Positions 41,565-54,730 of a stretch of DNA of 64,000 nt are shown here, one piece after another (positions within the stretch are counted from its first letter, which is position 1; each line of letters begins with the position of its first letter). The notes below the pieces were generated by a model. That model was given only the letters and a program-made list of their open reading frames with translations. It ran no database searches and was not told the origin of the DNA. The stretch covers positions 49,848,001-49,912,000 of the forward strand of contig OZ231126.1 in NCBI GenBank assembly GCA_965153355.1. The letters run 5' to 3'. Position numbers and translations under genes: made by a program. Source of the DNA: Flaccisagitta enflata. Lineage: Eukaryota.

Positions 41565-42491
41565 GAGCGTACGTACTAAGTAGGGGAAAATCATTGTGAA
41601 AAGTGGGCTGAGTTACACAAACTGAATTCAAGGTATGGATCCACCGACCGACTCTCCGCTCGTCAAACCATGGCACATCTGATATCCATTAAAACCGTTC
41701 TGCGTACGAGTCGACGAGGGAGCCCTCTTCTGAGTAGCACTCGAACAAATATCCGGCGATGGTAAATCCCTCATCGTTAAACATTTCTGACAAGTTCCGA
41801 TTTGCATGCGGGCAATCGATAGGCGAGATACTCGATAGTCGATACTTGATATCGCATTTTATAAATAAACAACTAATGAGCTTTGACAATGAGTGTATAT
41901 ATTTCTAGAATGACGAGGGAAAAGAACTTGTGGTCGGATCTAAAGGCAAAGTGAATTGTAATTTTTACAGTTTTTTTGGTGTTTTTTTTTCGGGGGGGGG
42001 GGGTAAGCAAACTGGGTAGATGGGGTAGGGAAATGGGAACTGGGAAGAGAAGGGGGAAATGGGAAATGGGAAGAGAAGGGGGAAATGGGAAATGTGTAGA
42101 GGAGGGGGAAATGGGTAGGGAAAAGGAAGGAGGGGAAGGGCGGAGGAGTAAGACGTAGCCCGTGCGTTCATAACAAGTTAACTGCCAGGCGCAGGGAGAG
42201 GAAGAGGCAGTCCATACGTCCATGAGAGGAAAACTGTCCGGGAGGAAATGGTAGCTAGTATGTTCATAGCAGGTAGAGTGTTAGGCAAACAGGGTGGATG
42301 AGGTTGCCCATACGTCCATAGGGGGGGGGGAAATTGTCAAGCGCATAGGGAGGAGGAGGTAGCTCGTGCGTTCATGGCAGGTAAACTATCGGGCGCATAG
42401 GGAGGAAGTTGTGGGCGGCGTGGAAGGAGAGGACTAAACGTAACAAGATACATTGTGGGAACTTTAACTTCTTTAAGATCGGACGCTAAAG

Positions 42492-42592
<101 letters not shown>

Positions 42593-42763
42593 TGTGAGGC
42601 AGATTAACTTGCGTTATATTCACTGTGACCCTTTAGGATTTACAAGATAAAAGAGCAACTGCGGTCAAGATAAATGGAAACAGGAGGAAAGGAAGAAAAA
42701 GAAGCAAAGAAAGGTGGGCAGAAAGAAGTACAAGAAGAAGAAGAAGAAGAAGAAGAAGAAGAA

Positions 42764-42810
<47 letters not shown>

Positions 42811-42915
42811 AGAAGCAAGAAGAAGCAACTACAGATAGACACAGTGACGGCATGGTAGGGGTGTACAGCCTCCCCTCCACACAAGCGCGCACACAAACAG
42901 ACACACACACACACA

Positions 42916-42981
<66 letters not shown>

Positions 42982-43604
42982 CAGCCACTAAACGGAAGAA
43001 GAAAAAGTAAAAGAAAAAGAAAAAGAAAAAGAAAAAGAAAAAGAAAAAGAAAAAGAAGAAGATGAAGACGTAAAGAAAGGAGCACAAGATCAAGAAAATG
43101 TAGAGGGAGAAGACGGGAAAGAGAAAGGGAGGGAAAAAAGAATTACTGCCTTCCCTCTTTGGCTTTGTTTGTATCAGATATTCAGATTGTGATCATTTTG
43201 GTGGGAAAGTGATTTTTTTCCCTTTTTGGGCACCCAAATCTTCGCACCGCCGCATCAATCGGTGATCGCTTTAAGGACTTGCGCGAGGACTGTAACATGA
43301 ATTAGGCTGTTACTATAGTCTTTTCTGTCTATCCATCTGTAACGTGGACCCCCCCTTTCTGTCCCGAAAGCTCCTGGTTCTTGCACCCCGTTTCCCCAGG
43401 ACATTGCAATGATACTTGTTAGACGTTGTTACACAAGATGTATTTCTACACAATTCTTTGACATTATAATCCAACACTGCAAAATCCATACACCTCACTC
43501 CATACACAACACGTAGGTACTATCTTAGAAATAAAAAGGTTTCCACATGTAACATTAGTTCATTTATTGGTGTAAAAATGAACATAAATCAATTGCGAAT
43601 CCAT

Positions 43605-43744
43605 GAATTTTGAATTTTAGCCTCCTTTGACTGAATCACTGCCACCATTCATCAGTGAAGCAGTTTGCAGAGCTTCCCTAAGTACTCTGGAGTGATGGCG
43701 TTCCAGACCTTTCTAGGGATTTTCTTGATCTTTTCTTTTGCAAT
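43605..43744 (-). pseudogene. Mirror copy of the Tc1/mariner transposase C-terminal remnant
   Basis: Reverse complement of 44201-44340. Confidence 0.6.
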
Positions 43745-44200
43745 TTTTAAATTTATAGCTCCAAAGAGATTCAACAAATCATAAAAAAATTGGTGACATA
43801 AATGTAGAACATTCTCTACTTGCAAGGTTACACAAAAACCGCTTCTGTCCAGCTCACGCGCCTAGAGTTATTCGCATGTGCCATCATTTGAAGATTGCAG
43901 AAGGTGGAAACAGCCCACTAAAGTGAATAACTTTAAATTTGCAAGTTATCAACGCAAACCATATCTTTCTAACCTAATGCATTCAAAAGTTATTCAACTT
44001 TGAATGAAATGTTTCAATTTTGTTTTTGCCATTTCTACACAATCTTCAAATGATAACACATCACTTTTTTCGAATAACTTCTAAACGCATTGAGCTAGAC
44101 AGAAGCGGTTTGTGTAACTTCTTGCAAATTAGAAGGGCTACATTTATGTCACCAATTTTTTTATGATTTGCTGAATCTCTTTGGAGCTATAAATTTAAAA

Positions 44201-44340
44201 ATTGCAAAAGAAAAGATCAAGAAAATCCCTAGAAAGGTCTGGAACGCCATCACTCCAGAGTACTTAGGGAAGCTCTGCAAACTGCTTCACTGATGAATGG
44301 TGGCAGTGATTCAGTCAAAGGAGGCTAAAATTCAAAATTC
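44201..44340 (+). pseudogene. Decayed Tc1/mariner transposase C-terminus
   Basis: Translates IAKEKIKKIPRKVWNAITPEYLGKLCKLLH**MVAVIQSKEAKIQN, resembling the W..I..E.L.KL..S(M/L)PRR..AVI..KG terminal motif of Tc1/mariner transposases. The two TGA stops sit where CGA CGA (RR) is expected. Confidence 0.6.
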
Positions 44341-44963
44341 ATGGATTCGCAATTGATTTATGTTCATTTTTACACCAATAAATGAACTAATGTTACATGT
44401 GGAAACCTTTTTATTTCTAAGATAGTACCTACGTGTTGTGTATGGAGTGAGGTGTATGGATTTTGCAGTGTTGGATTATAATGTCAAAGAATTGTGTAGA
44501 AATACATCTTGTGTAACAACGTCTAACAAGTATCATTGCAATGTCCTGGGGAAACGGGGTGCAAGAACCAGGAGCTTTCGGGACAGAAAGGGGGGGTCCA
44601 CGTTACAGATGGATAGACAGAAAAGACTATAGTAACAGCCTAATTCATGTTACAGTCCTCGCGCAATTCCTTAAAGCGATCACCGATTGATGCGGCGGTG
44701 CGAAGATTTGGGTGCCCAAAAAGGGAAAAAAATCACTTTCCCACCAAAATGATCACAATCTGAATATCTGATACAAACAAAGCCAAAGAGGGAAGGCAGT
44801 AATTCTTTTTTCCCTCCCTGTCTCTTTCCCGTCTTCTCCCTCTACATTTTCTTGATCTTGTGCTCCTTTCTTTACGTCTTCATCTTCTTCTTTTTCTTTT
44901 TCTTTTTCTTTTTCTTTTTCTTTTTCTTTTTCTTTTACTTTTTCTTCTTCCGTTTAGTGGCGG

Positions 44964-45045
<82 letters not shown>

Positions 45046-45365
45046 TGTTTGTGTGTGTGTGGGTGTCGGAGGAGGCTGTACACCCTAACATACCCGTCCG
45101 CGACGATACTGTATCCTGCCAAGTCTTTCTTCTTCTTGACCACATAATGCCCTTGGGCGACCACTTCCTTCTTTCTTCTTCTTCTTCTTCTTCTTCTTCT
45201 TCTTCTTCTTCTTCTTCTTCTTCTTCTTTTTCTTCTTTCTGCCCACCTTTCTTTGCTTCTTTTTCTTCCTTTCCTCCTGTTTCCATTTATCTTGACCGCA
45301 GTTGCTCTTTTATCTTGTAAAGCCTAAAGGGTCACAGTGAATATAACGCAAGTTAATCTGCCTCA

Positions 45366-45453
<88 letters not shown>

Positions 45454-47487
45454 TTAGCGTCCGATCTTAAAGAAGTTAAAGTTCCCACAATGTATCTTGT
45501 TACGTTTAGTCCTCTCCTTCCACGCCGCCCACAACTTCCTCCCTATGCGCCCGATAGTTTACCTGCCATGAACGCACGAGCTACCTCCTCCTCCCTATGC
45601 GCTTGACAATTTCCCCCCCCCCTATGGACGTATGGGCAACCTCATCCACCCTGTTTGCCTAACACTCTACCTGCTATGAACATACTAGCTACCATTTCCT
45701 CCCGGACAGTTTTCCTCTCATGGACGTATGGACTGCCTCTTCCTCTCCCTGCGCCTGGCAGTTAACTTGTTATGAACGCACGGGCTACGTCTTACTCCTC
45801 CGCCCTTCCCCTCCTTCCTTTTCCCTACCCATTTCCCCCTCCTCTACACATTTCCCATTTCCCCCTTCTCTTCCCATTTCCCATTTCCCATTTCCACCTT
45901 CTCTTCCCATTTCCCATTTCCCCTACCCCATCTACCCAGTTTACTTACCCCCCCCCCCCTTACCCCCCCCCCCCGAAAAAAAAACACCAAAAAAACTGTA
46001 AAAATTACAATTCACTTTGCCTTTAGATCCGACCACAAGTTCTTTTCCCTCGTCATTCTAGAAATATATACACTCATTGTCAAAGCTCATTAGTTGTTTA
46101 TTTATAAAATGCGATATCAAGTATCGACTATCGAGTATCTCGCCTATCGATTGCCCGCATGCAAATCGGAACTTGTCAGAAATGTTTAACGATGAGGGAT
46201 TTACCATCGCCGGATATTTGTTCGAGTGCTACTCAGAAGAGGGCTCCCTCGTCGACTCGTACGCAGAACGGTTTTAATGGATATCAGATGTGCCATGGTT
46301 TGACGAGCGGAGAGTCGGTCGGTGGATCCATACCTTGAATTCAGTTTGTGTAACTCAGCCCACTTTTCACAATGATTTTCCCCTACTTAGTACGTACGCT
46401 CTAGGGGTGTGGAAGCGATTGACCGCTTCCATTTTGGTGGGTGGGATAGCTACTTGTATTTGTACTACAAAATGGAAGCGGAAGCGGAAGCGGTGGAAGC
46501 AGCAAAAAAATTGACCGCTTCCACAACCCTAGTACGCTGTAAGCCTGTAACGGATTTCGGTAGACTTAATTATTTTGTCTGTAAGAAGCTGAATTCTGTT
46601 ATGGTCAACACCTATAAGTCGCGTGCAGGACAAAAATAACTGAAATGACCTGACACCTTAATGTATCTTTTTATCGAAAATCAGACTTAAACCAGACTTA
46701 AACCAGACTCAAACCAGACCCAAACCAGACTCGAGCCAGACTCAAACCAGACTCAAACCAGACTCAAACCAGAATTAAACCAGACCTAAACCAGACCTAA
46801 ACCAGACATAAATCAGACATGAAGCAGACGTGAACCAGACATGAACCAGACTTTAACCAGACTTAAACCAGACTCAAGCCAGACTCAAACCACACTTAAA
46901 CCAGACTCAAACCAGACTTAAACCAGACTCAAACCAGACTTAAACCAGCAGACTTAAACCAGCAGACTTAAACCAGCAGACTTAAACCAGCAGACTTAAA
47001 CCAGCAGACTTAAACCAGCAGACTTAAACCAGCAAACTTAAACCAGCCGACTTAAACCAGCCAACTTAAACCAGCCAACTGAAACCAGCCAACTAAAACC
47101 AGCCAACTTAAACCAGCCAACTTAAACCAGCCAACTTAAACCAGCCAACTAAAACCAGCCGACTAAAACCAGCTGACTTAACCAGCAGACCTAAACCAGC
47201 AGACCTAAATCAGCCGACTTAAACCAGCCAACCTAAATCACCCAACTTAAACCAGCCAACCTAAATCACCCAACTTAAACCAACTTAAACCAGCCGCCTT
47301 AAACCAGCCAACTTAAACCAGCGGACTTAAACCAGAGGACTAAATCAGAGGACTTTAACCAGCAGACTTAAACCAGCAGACTTAAACCAGCAGACTTAAA
47401 CCAGCAGACTTAAACCAGCAAACTGAGACCAGCAGACTTGAAATGACATAAATGACCAAAACATACCAAAAACTTAAATGACTAAAA

Positions 47488-48184
47488 AACTCAGTTTTCA
47501 TATAACTCAGTTTTATCGTCTTTTATTGATATCATCCGCCCTCGTCTTTTAGAAGGCTTTGTACTTTTCTCTGACATGCCTGGTTACACGGCACCGCATG
47601 GAGGCACAGTGCCCCCTCATGTTTTGGTCACGTCCTTGAGACCTGATGTTTTTATTCTCAATGAAACTTCGCGTACGGCAATCATTTTTGAATTGACGTG
47701 TCCCTGGGATAAGAACATAGAACGTAGTCACGTTTTTAAAGAGGAAAAGTATGCGCCTCTTTCTGCTGATCTTTCAACTACTTTTAAAGTTTTTACATTT
47801 TCGGTGGAAGTTTCAGCCCGTGGCCAGGTGACAGCCAAAAATCGTGCGCGTCTTAAAGCGTTGGCTTACAGATGCTGTCGTGATGCGAAAATAGTCACAA
47901 ATTCATTGATTAAGAACGGTTCTAAGGCTGCGTTGCTCAGGTCCTTTAGCATTTTCTCAGCTCGTAATGAGCCATCGTGGATTGATCCACCGCCGCTTAT
48001 CGCTCGATAACGCTTTATATTTATTGCAATGATTACAATGCTGTTATTATTTAAAGTGCGCATAAACTGATGATCTGTATCAGGCGATCTCTTGCCATTG
48101 TTGCAATATTTTTAACCTGGTAACCTGCGAGGTTTTGTGCCTTTGTCGTTTTTATATTTCATGAATATAAATCCTTACTACTAC
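47488..48184 (+). mobile_element. Mirror copy of the RLE-type (Hero/NeSL-like) retrotransposon 3' fragment; coding 47504-48010
   Basis: Same RPD...ELTCPW...KY...EVSARG motifs; differs from the left copy by one residue (V/L). Confidence 0.85.
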
Positions 48185-50755
48185 AAAAAAAAAACAAAAG
48201 CAAAAAAAAAAAAAACAAAAAACAAAAAACAAAAAAAACCCAAACCAAAAACCAAAACCAAAAAAAACCGAAAAACCGAAAAACCAAAAACAAAAACAAA
48301 AACCAAAAACCAAAACCAGAAACATAAAAGACCAAAACATACCAAAAACCATGTTAGATATGACCAAAATGACCTGAAATGTGTTTCAAAATGACTTAAA
48401 ATGACTTAAATGAACAAAGTGAAGTAAACGATCAAATATGACAAAAAATGACTAAAAGCAACCAAAAATGACCAAAAGCAACCAAAAATGACCAAAAGCA
48501 ATAAAAAATGACCAAAAACAACAAAAAAATGACTCAAAATAACTCCAGATGACCCAAATAGACCAAAAACAACGCAAAAAAGCAAAGTGTCACTTAAAAC
48601 CACAAAAGCCAAAAAGTAACTTAGAATGACTTAGAATGACTTATAATGACTTAGAAGACTTGTAATGACTTATAATGACTTAAAATAACTTAGAATGACT
48701 AAGAATGACTTAAAATGACTTTATAATAACATAAAATGACAAAAATGACAAAAAATGACAAAAATGACAAATATGACTTAATTGACTAAAATCAACAGAA
48801 AATGACTGGAAATGACTTAGAATGACTTAAAATGACTCAAAAATGACATAAAATACTCCTAAAATGACGTAAAACGACGAAAAAGCAAAGTGTTACGGAC
48901 CGACCGACCGACGGACCGACGGACCGACAGAGCGGGTTATAGAGTCGCGTGCACGCGACTAAAAAAAACGGTTGAAGGAACAAAAAACCAGTATTTATTA
49001 TTGGTGGAAATTTGTAAAAAGCGGGTCCGTTAGAGCGAGGTTCAGCTGTATTTAATTTTTCCTGTCCACTTATACAAAGAACCTTTGGGCTTATACTTTA
49101 CCAGAAGGAATCAGTTAAGTCAATATTTAGGCGAAGATGCTCATCTAAGTTTTAAGGAAGCGTCCTCGATCCCATGCTACAGAGACTCTGTGAGACATCT
49201 GATACACAACACCTATTGCACATTAATCGATAATGAAACAAACAAACAAACAAGGCCGGATACACGGGCCAAGACGGTGCGCCGGGCGTTATTAATTCTT
49301 AGACCTATCCCTAGCCCCATCAGATCTATCCCGACCTATCAGGCCTATCCCGACTCTATCAGACCTATCCCGAGCCCATCAGACCTATCCCGAGCTCTAT
49401 CAGACCTTCCCGAGCCTCTATCAGACCCATCCCGAGCTCTATCAGACCCTATCCTGAGCGCTATCAGACCTATCCTGAGCTCTATCAGACCTATCCTGAG
49501 CTCTATCAGACCTATCCCCACACCTATCCGACATATCACCAGCTCGATCAGACCTAACCGTAGCTGATTATTTTAGTGAATGAAATGAGTATCATCAGTG
49601 ATGAACAAAATGAATTTTCAAATGATTTCAAACATTCTCAGCGATTGTTCATTCGAGCGTGACCGACGGATGGACAGACAGACAGAACCTCTTATAGAGG
49701 TGCTATGGCGCATCTGGGAATCATCCTAGCATATTTCTGAATCATTTCAAGTGATTCTTGCTTCTTTTTGAGACTTTCAACTCGAGAGTTACCGACCGAC
49801 CAACCAACCAACCAACGGACAGACGGAGCTGATAATAGAGGTGCTATGGCGCACCTAAAAACATGTACATAAATAAATTTCAAATTGCACCAGCTGAAAG
49901 GTTACAAAACACTCCATTTGATTCAGCAAGAAGTGTGGTTTTCATGGTCCCACTTCAAGCGTTTCAATATCATTCATTAGTAATTGTGGGACAGTTGTTA
50001 CATATTATGCCAATACGCATTTGTTTTGTCAATCCTCATGTGGCTTTTGCCCAAAGACTCTAAAAGTTTACGAGCTTTTTTTATTTTTTGTCCAAGTTAA
50101 TGTCATAACTCATGCGCCGGGTTCACGTGGCTTAAGAGAGAAACGTGGATTTGATATTGAATGGAACACAGGATCAGGAAGAGGATTTCTGATGGCTCAA
50201 AAAGATAATGTTTAGTTGCAACACTCTCTTGAACGATGCACTTGGACATGGCTCTGTTTTATTCAACAATATCGTGCCTGAAATGAATGTGTGAGCGATG
50301 AGGTTTAAGCATTTGATAACATGTGTCTCTTGCGTCATGATTATGTTATACAAAAGCTATAGCTGTAGTGCAGCTGCTGTGCAGCGTCATGGCATGTTGT
50401 TATCCTGATATTTTTGTCTTGATCTGTCCTTGTTTGCACATTTCTTGTGGCGGCACTGTCTAATGCTTAAATGCTGTAATTGCTCATTCTTACAATATCA
50501 GTTTTTTTTTACTTTCTCTTTTCGATTTCTCTTTTCTATTTCTCTAGCACTCTCTCCTTCTCCGTTAGTTTCTGACTCTCTGACTGCTTCAAACTCTGTC
50601 GCGAACGAGACTTTAAACGGATAAGTATGTCGATCGGTCCATCCGCAGTTGGTGTCTTAGAGCACGCGACTAGTGCCTTGCTGGGTTTACTTTTTCTGTT
50701 TCTGACTTACTCATATTTCTCTATTTCTCTCTCTCTCCCTCTATTTCTCTCTCTC

Positions 50756-50831
<76 letters not shown>

Positions 50832-53800
50832 ACTCACTTCACTAAAGGGAATTTGAATGTTATTTTGGAGATTTGGAGGGATATTTCCGAAAAAATGATC
50901 AAAACAACAATTCTAACAGTTGAAATAGCTTTTTTCGGCGACAACGCTCACGAAAGAGACAAGTTCCCGTGAACTCAGAATCGATTCAGCCTTAAATTTT
51001 AAGATCCTGTCCATGGTCGCAGTTGTGACCATGGATGTAGGGGAGCTCTAAAATTCGCCATGTCCACCTAGCATTTCAAGACCGAGTCATGTCAGAAGCA
51101 AGTTGGACAAGTCGGACTATAAAAAGATTATAGTTTTCTTACTATTCGCATCATTCTTGAATAAGAATCTTCCATGTAAATGCTTTTTTTTTTAAAATTC
51201 AACCTTGAATCACTTCTAATTCAAGACCGACTTGCTTTTCAAGACTAACTTTTACCACATCCATGGAGATGGTGGACATGGCGTCCCCTACATCCATGGT
51301 TGTGGCCATTTTTTAGCCTGAACCCTCAGCCATGAGCTCTTGTAAACTCTTAGTTCACAACCCAGAAAAAAAATCAATGATTCTTCGACCACATGGGGAA
51401 GAAATTTAAAGGATTAAGGGGGGGGGACAATCAAAGGCCTTAAAAGGTACCGTCAGCCATTTGCCTTTGTTACGAATGTATTTTTTCCAATCCGGTTAAT
51501 GGTTCTGGCTCTGAGTCGCGCACATTCAATTGATTATATCCTTTCCATGCCTGTGCTTGTGCTGCTTTTTCTTCTTCTGGAATGGTTAAAAGAAGAAATT
51601 CACAGAAAATGAGTTTTTTAAGTCGTATAAATGCACATCTATATCAGATCGGGTCTGTCTGTCCGTCCATCCGTACATCGGTCATGCTTACATAAAAAAT
51701 GGCGTTATGACGATAAAATTTATTGTCTTCATCTTTCTCCCAACAATTAAGCCTTCAGACATTTCATTTGCACTTGATTGCTGACAGATTTCTGTTACTG
51801 TCAACATATAGAGGAGATAAGAGAAATGACAAGACAAGACAAGACAAGATCTTTTTTTATCCATTACAGGCGAATGTCCGTTACAGCGAGATGTAACTAT
51901 ATATGTATTACTCAAGTGGGCCTTTTTAATTTCAGCCTTTAAGAACACACGTTTTAATAGCTTTCATCAGCTTGCTTCATCCATCAAAAAAACTTTGTAT
52001 TCTGGGGGAGGGGTGGGGGCGTTGGAAGATGATCTTTTTTTGTAACTTGATTTATAACTTTTTAACTGGATTTATAACGGGCATTTGAGCAAAAAAATCT
52101 GATCAGTATCTGGGTCCGCGACGGAAGGGGGTTATAGATCACCAATTCCATAAGATCGCTATGACCAAAAGATTGCTAACCCCGTAAGTTCGCTAAAACT
52201 ATAATTCTTTACATTAGGAGCCTCCATACAAAGTTTCATGCAAATCCGTTGAAAAATGGCAAAGTTATGCACATTTTTCACTTTTAGGCTAGTAGGGTGG
52301 TTGGGTGGTAAACTGGTTTGGATAAATAGTGTGCATATGTTGAGTTCTTTCATTTAGAGACTCCATACCAAGTTTCAACCAAATTGGTTGAAAAATGTCC
52401 AATTTATGCAAGTTTTTAACTTTAGCTGGTTGGGTGGTAGGTGGGTTTGGCTGGTTGGCATGCTCAAACATAAATAAATCACATACATGTGCTGAGTCCT
52501 TCCATTTAGAGACTCCATACCAAATTTCAACCAAATTGGTTGAAAAACGCCAAAGATATGCACATTTTTCACTTTTAGGCTGGTTGAGTGGTAGGCTGGT
52601 TTGACAGGATAAATAGTGTGCATATGTTGAGTTCTTTCATTTAGAGACTATACTCAAGTTTCCAAACCAAATTGGTTGAAAAATGACAAAGTTATGCAAG
52701 TTTTCACTTTTGGTAGGTTGGCTGGTTGGGTGGTAGGTCGGTTTGGCCGGTTAGCATGCTCAAATGCATATAAATCATATACATATGTTGAGGCCTTCCA
52801 TTTAGAGACTCCATACCAAATTTCAGCTAAATTGGTTGAAAAATGCCAAAGTTATGCACGTTTTTCACTTTTAGGCCGGTAGGCTGGTTGGAAAGCCAGG
52901 TTGGGTTGGTCGGATCACAAAATCGGATAGGATGTAAAGCGCCTTACCCTAGTACAACTTCCCACCAAATATGAAACCAAATCGGTCAAAGCATAAAAAA
53001 GTTATCCATTTTCAAAATGAACACGACGACAACGACGACGACGATGACGACGACGACGACACCCACCCACCTTGAATCATAGTCCGCGTCGGAATGATAT
53101 TCCGTCGCGGACAAAAAAATAAGAAAAAATGTTCGTGTGAGTAGCATTACATTTTGTCTTTGTCAGCTCATCCTTTTGTTTCAATCTTTCTCAATATTTC
53201 ACAGACTTTTCTTGCCGTGTGTGCGGTTTATGCTTTATCTATCGTTACAATATTTCTCATTGTCGCTCTTTGTCTTTGGTTGCGTGCACGCGACTCTATA
53301 ATCCGCAATATCCGTTGGTCGGCCTTTTTTTTTCGTTTATAGGCAAATTTTACATCATTACCCTTGCGCAAATACTTAGTTAGCCCATTTCATCACCGCC
53401 CCCTGCCCACCCGCAGTAGTCGTTTATCCGGCCTAGTTTTTTTAAGGGATGTTGTTCCGTGTTTGTATGCGTTCTCATAAATTTAAGTCGCGATCAGGCA
53501 CTCGATCCGTCCGTATGTGTACGAGGCGTACCATGTCTAGGGATCGACCGGACCATTTTACGCATTGCACCTAAATTCATTAACAGTAGAATGGGCAGAA
53601 CGAACACTCTTTGTAAGACCACGATGTAATAGGCAAGCAAATGAGACGGATAGTCATTACATCATTGGAAAGCCGCGACAATTGTCGCTTTCTTAAGGAT
53701 AATGACCGGTCTTGCTGTCTTAGATTCTAGAGTCTTCGTTCCCCGTCTGTCTATCATTCATTAAGCTTGTCCTGTCAGCTTTTCCTTTTCCCCCTTCCTG

Positions 53801-54363
53801 TCCCCCTTCCTGTCTAATTTCGCTCTCAGTTGCTTCCATTCAATCCTTCTTTCTTTCCTTTTTTGCCTGCCTTTTTTTTTTCTTTTTTTTTTCATCATTA
53901 TTTTCTTTCCTCTCGTTTCCTTCATTACTTCTTTTCAGGGTAAATTCCCCAGATCAAGCCAAAAAAAGAAGTCGAAGCAACACAACGAAGCAACGAAGAG
54001 AGAGTTGGGATTTTTGTTGGGATTTTTTGTTTTCCCCGACCCTGGCCTCGCGTTGCAGCTGAGTTTGTATACTTCTACATTCCTCTCCCCTGTTCTTCTC
54101 TTTTCCCCATCTCTTTCTACTCCTCATCCTTCGCCTCCTCCTCCTCCTCTCTTTCCCCCGCCTCCTCATCTCACCGCTTTCAGTTTCCCCATCATGTATT
54201 TTTTTACTCATTTTTTATCTCCTTTGACCAAGAATTGCAGTTCTTCTCAGTCTGTCTGTCGGTCTGTCTGTCTGTCTGTCAATCTGTCTGTCTGGCTGTT
54301 TGTCTGGCTGTCTGTCTGCATGACAGTCTGTCTGCCTAACTGTTTATCTGTCTTTGTCTGCCT

Positions 54364-54416
<53 letters not shown>

Positions 54417-54482
54417 ATTCACCAACAAGGCAACATGTTTGTAGACCACAGCACCCCCACTCTCCTGGCTCTCCTGCCCTTG

Positions 54483-54516
<34 letters not shown>

Positions 54517-54626
54517 TTCTATACACACACACATATTATCTCGATCTCTATAGCTCACAGCCTGGAATCTTACAATGTTTCTTTTATAAACCCCTGTAAC
54601 CCAGAGCCTTGTTTACTCTCTCGTCC

Positions 54627-54730
<104 letters not shown>

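Noticed and set aside
43520..44425. A ~900-bp transposon with long perfect TIRs at the palindrome centre
   Set aside because: The symmetry continues for 20 kb beyond it, so the apparent TIRs are just the mirror image of one element end.
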